Shown here piece after piece: positions 34,977-35,036 of a stretch of 35,036 nucleotides of DNA. Under the pieces are notes generated by a model. The model ran no database searches and was not told the origin of the DNA. It saw only the letters and a list, made by a program, of their open reading frames with translations. How positions within the stretch are numbered: the first letter of the stretch is position 1; every line of letters begins with the position of its first letter. Origin of the DNA: Candidatus Micrarchaeota archaeon (lineage in GTDB: Archaea > Micrarchaeota > Micrarchaeia > Micrarchaeales > CABMGC01); NCBI GenBank assembly GCA_964561405.1, contig CAZLPL010000001.1, positions 1-35,036 on the forward strand, given 5' to 3'. The translations under genes were made by a program, and so were the position numbers.

Positions 34977-35036
34977 GGACCCGTAACTCAGCTTGGTCAG
35001 AGTGGCTGGCTCTTAACCAGCAAGTCGAGGGTTCAA
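34977..35036 (+). tRNA. tRNA-Lys (anticodon CUU), 3' end cut off by the window edge
   Basis: My hand fold is: acceptor GGACCCG, D stem ACTC/GAGT, anticodon stem GCTGG/CCAGC, loop CT-CTT-AA, variable AAGTC, T stem GAGGG and T loop TTCAA... There is no intron in the visible part. Confidence 0.85.

Noticed and set aside
1-35036. CRISPR arrays, rRNA genes, toxin-antitoxin pairs or known defence systems
   Set aside because: I saw no regularly spaced direct repeats, no rRNA-like segments and no recognisable defence or TA gene pairs. The window is core housekeeping apart from the single IS.

Overview
This is a dense archaeal chromosomal segment made up almost entirely of information-processing housekeeping genes. 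Archaeal markers include Orc1/Cdc6, exosome subunits Rrp4/41/42, proteasome alpha, RNase P proteins Pop5/Rpp30, prefoldin beta, L37ae, RpoP and a histone-fold protein. Bacterial-type grpE-dnaK-dnaJ and gyrB-gyrA are also present. That mix is typical of Thermoplasmata-like or acidophilic DPANN/Micrarchaeota-like genomes, but I cannot assign a species. Other content includes glyA convergent with a long ThyX-like gene, ADP-forming acetyl-CoA synthetase (acdB/acdA), a beta-CASP RNase, an OB-fold SSB, a DHH/DHHA1 phosphoesterase and an Lhr-type helicase. There is also a partial DUF929-like gene at the left edge and a partial tRNA-Lys(CUU) at the right edge. I added three things that are not in the ORF track: the 43-aa rpoP gene, the edge-truncated DUF929 gene, and a corrected Pop5 start. 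One clear mobile element is present: a 981-bp IS4/IS5-type insertion sequence with imperfect inverted repeats and an 8-bp target duplication, lying between a C-terminally truncated dnaJ and the histone gene. I found no CRISPR array, rRNA or recognisable defence system. The candidates I think most deserve a second look are these. (1) A tight mrp-like (no CxxC) - orc1/cdc6 - mre11 unit with no rad50 beside it. (2) A COG2403 P-loop gene whose conserved N-terminus is interrupted by a 21-nt in-frame insert carrying a TAG. (3) A histone / zinc-ribbon / PRC-barrel mini-operon. (4) A wHTH gene translationally coupled to a sequon-rich surface protein and then to Lhr. (5) An unexplained 265-bp gap between convergent genes. 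Coordinates of features outside the ORF track were hand-counted and may be off by a base or two. No database search was possible, so all family calls rest on remembered motifs.
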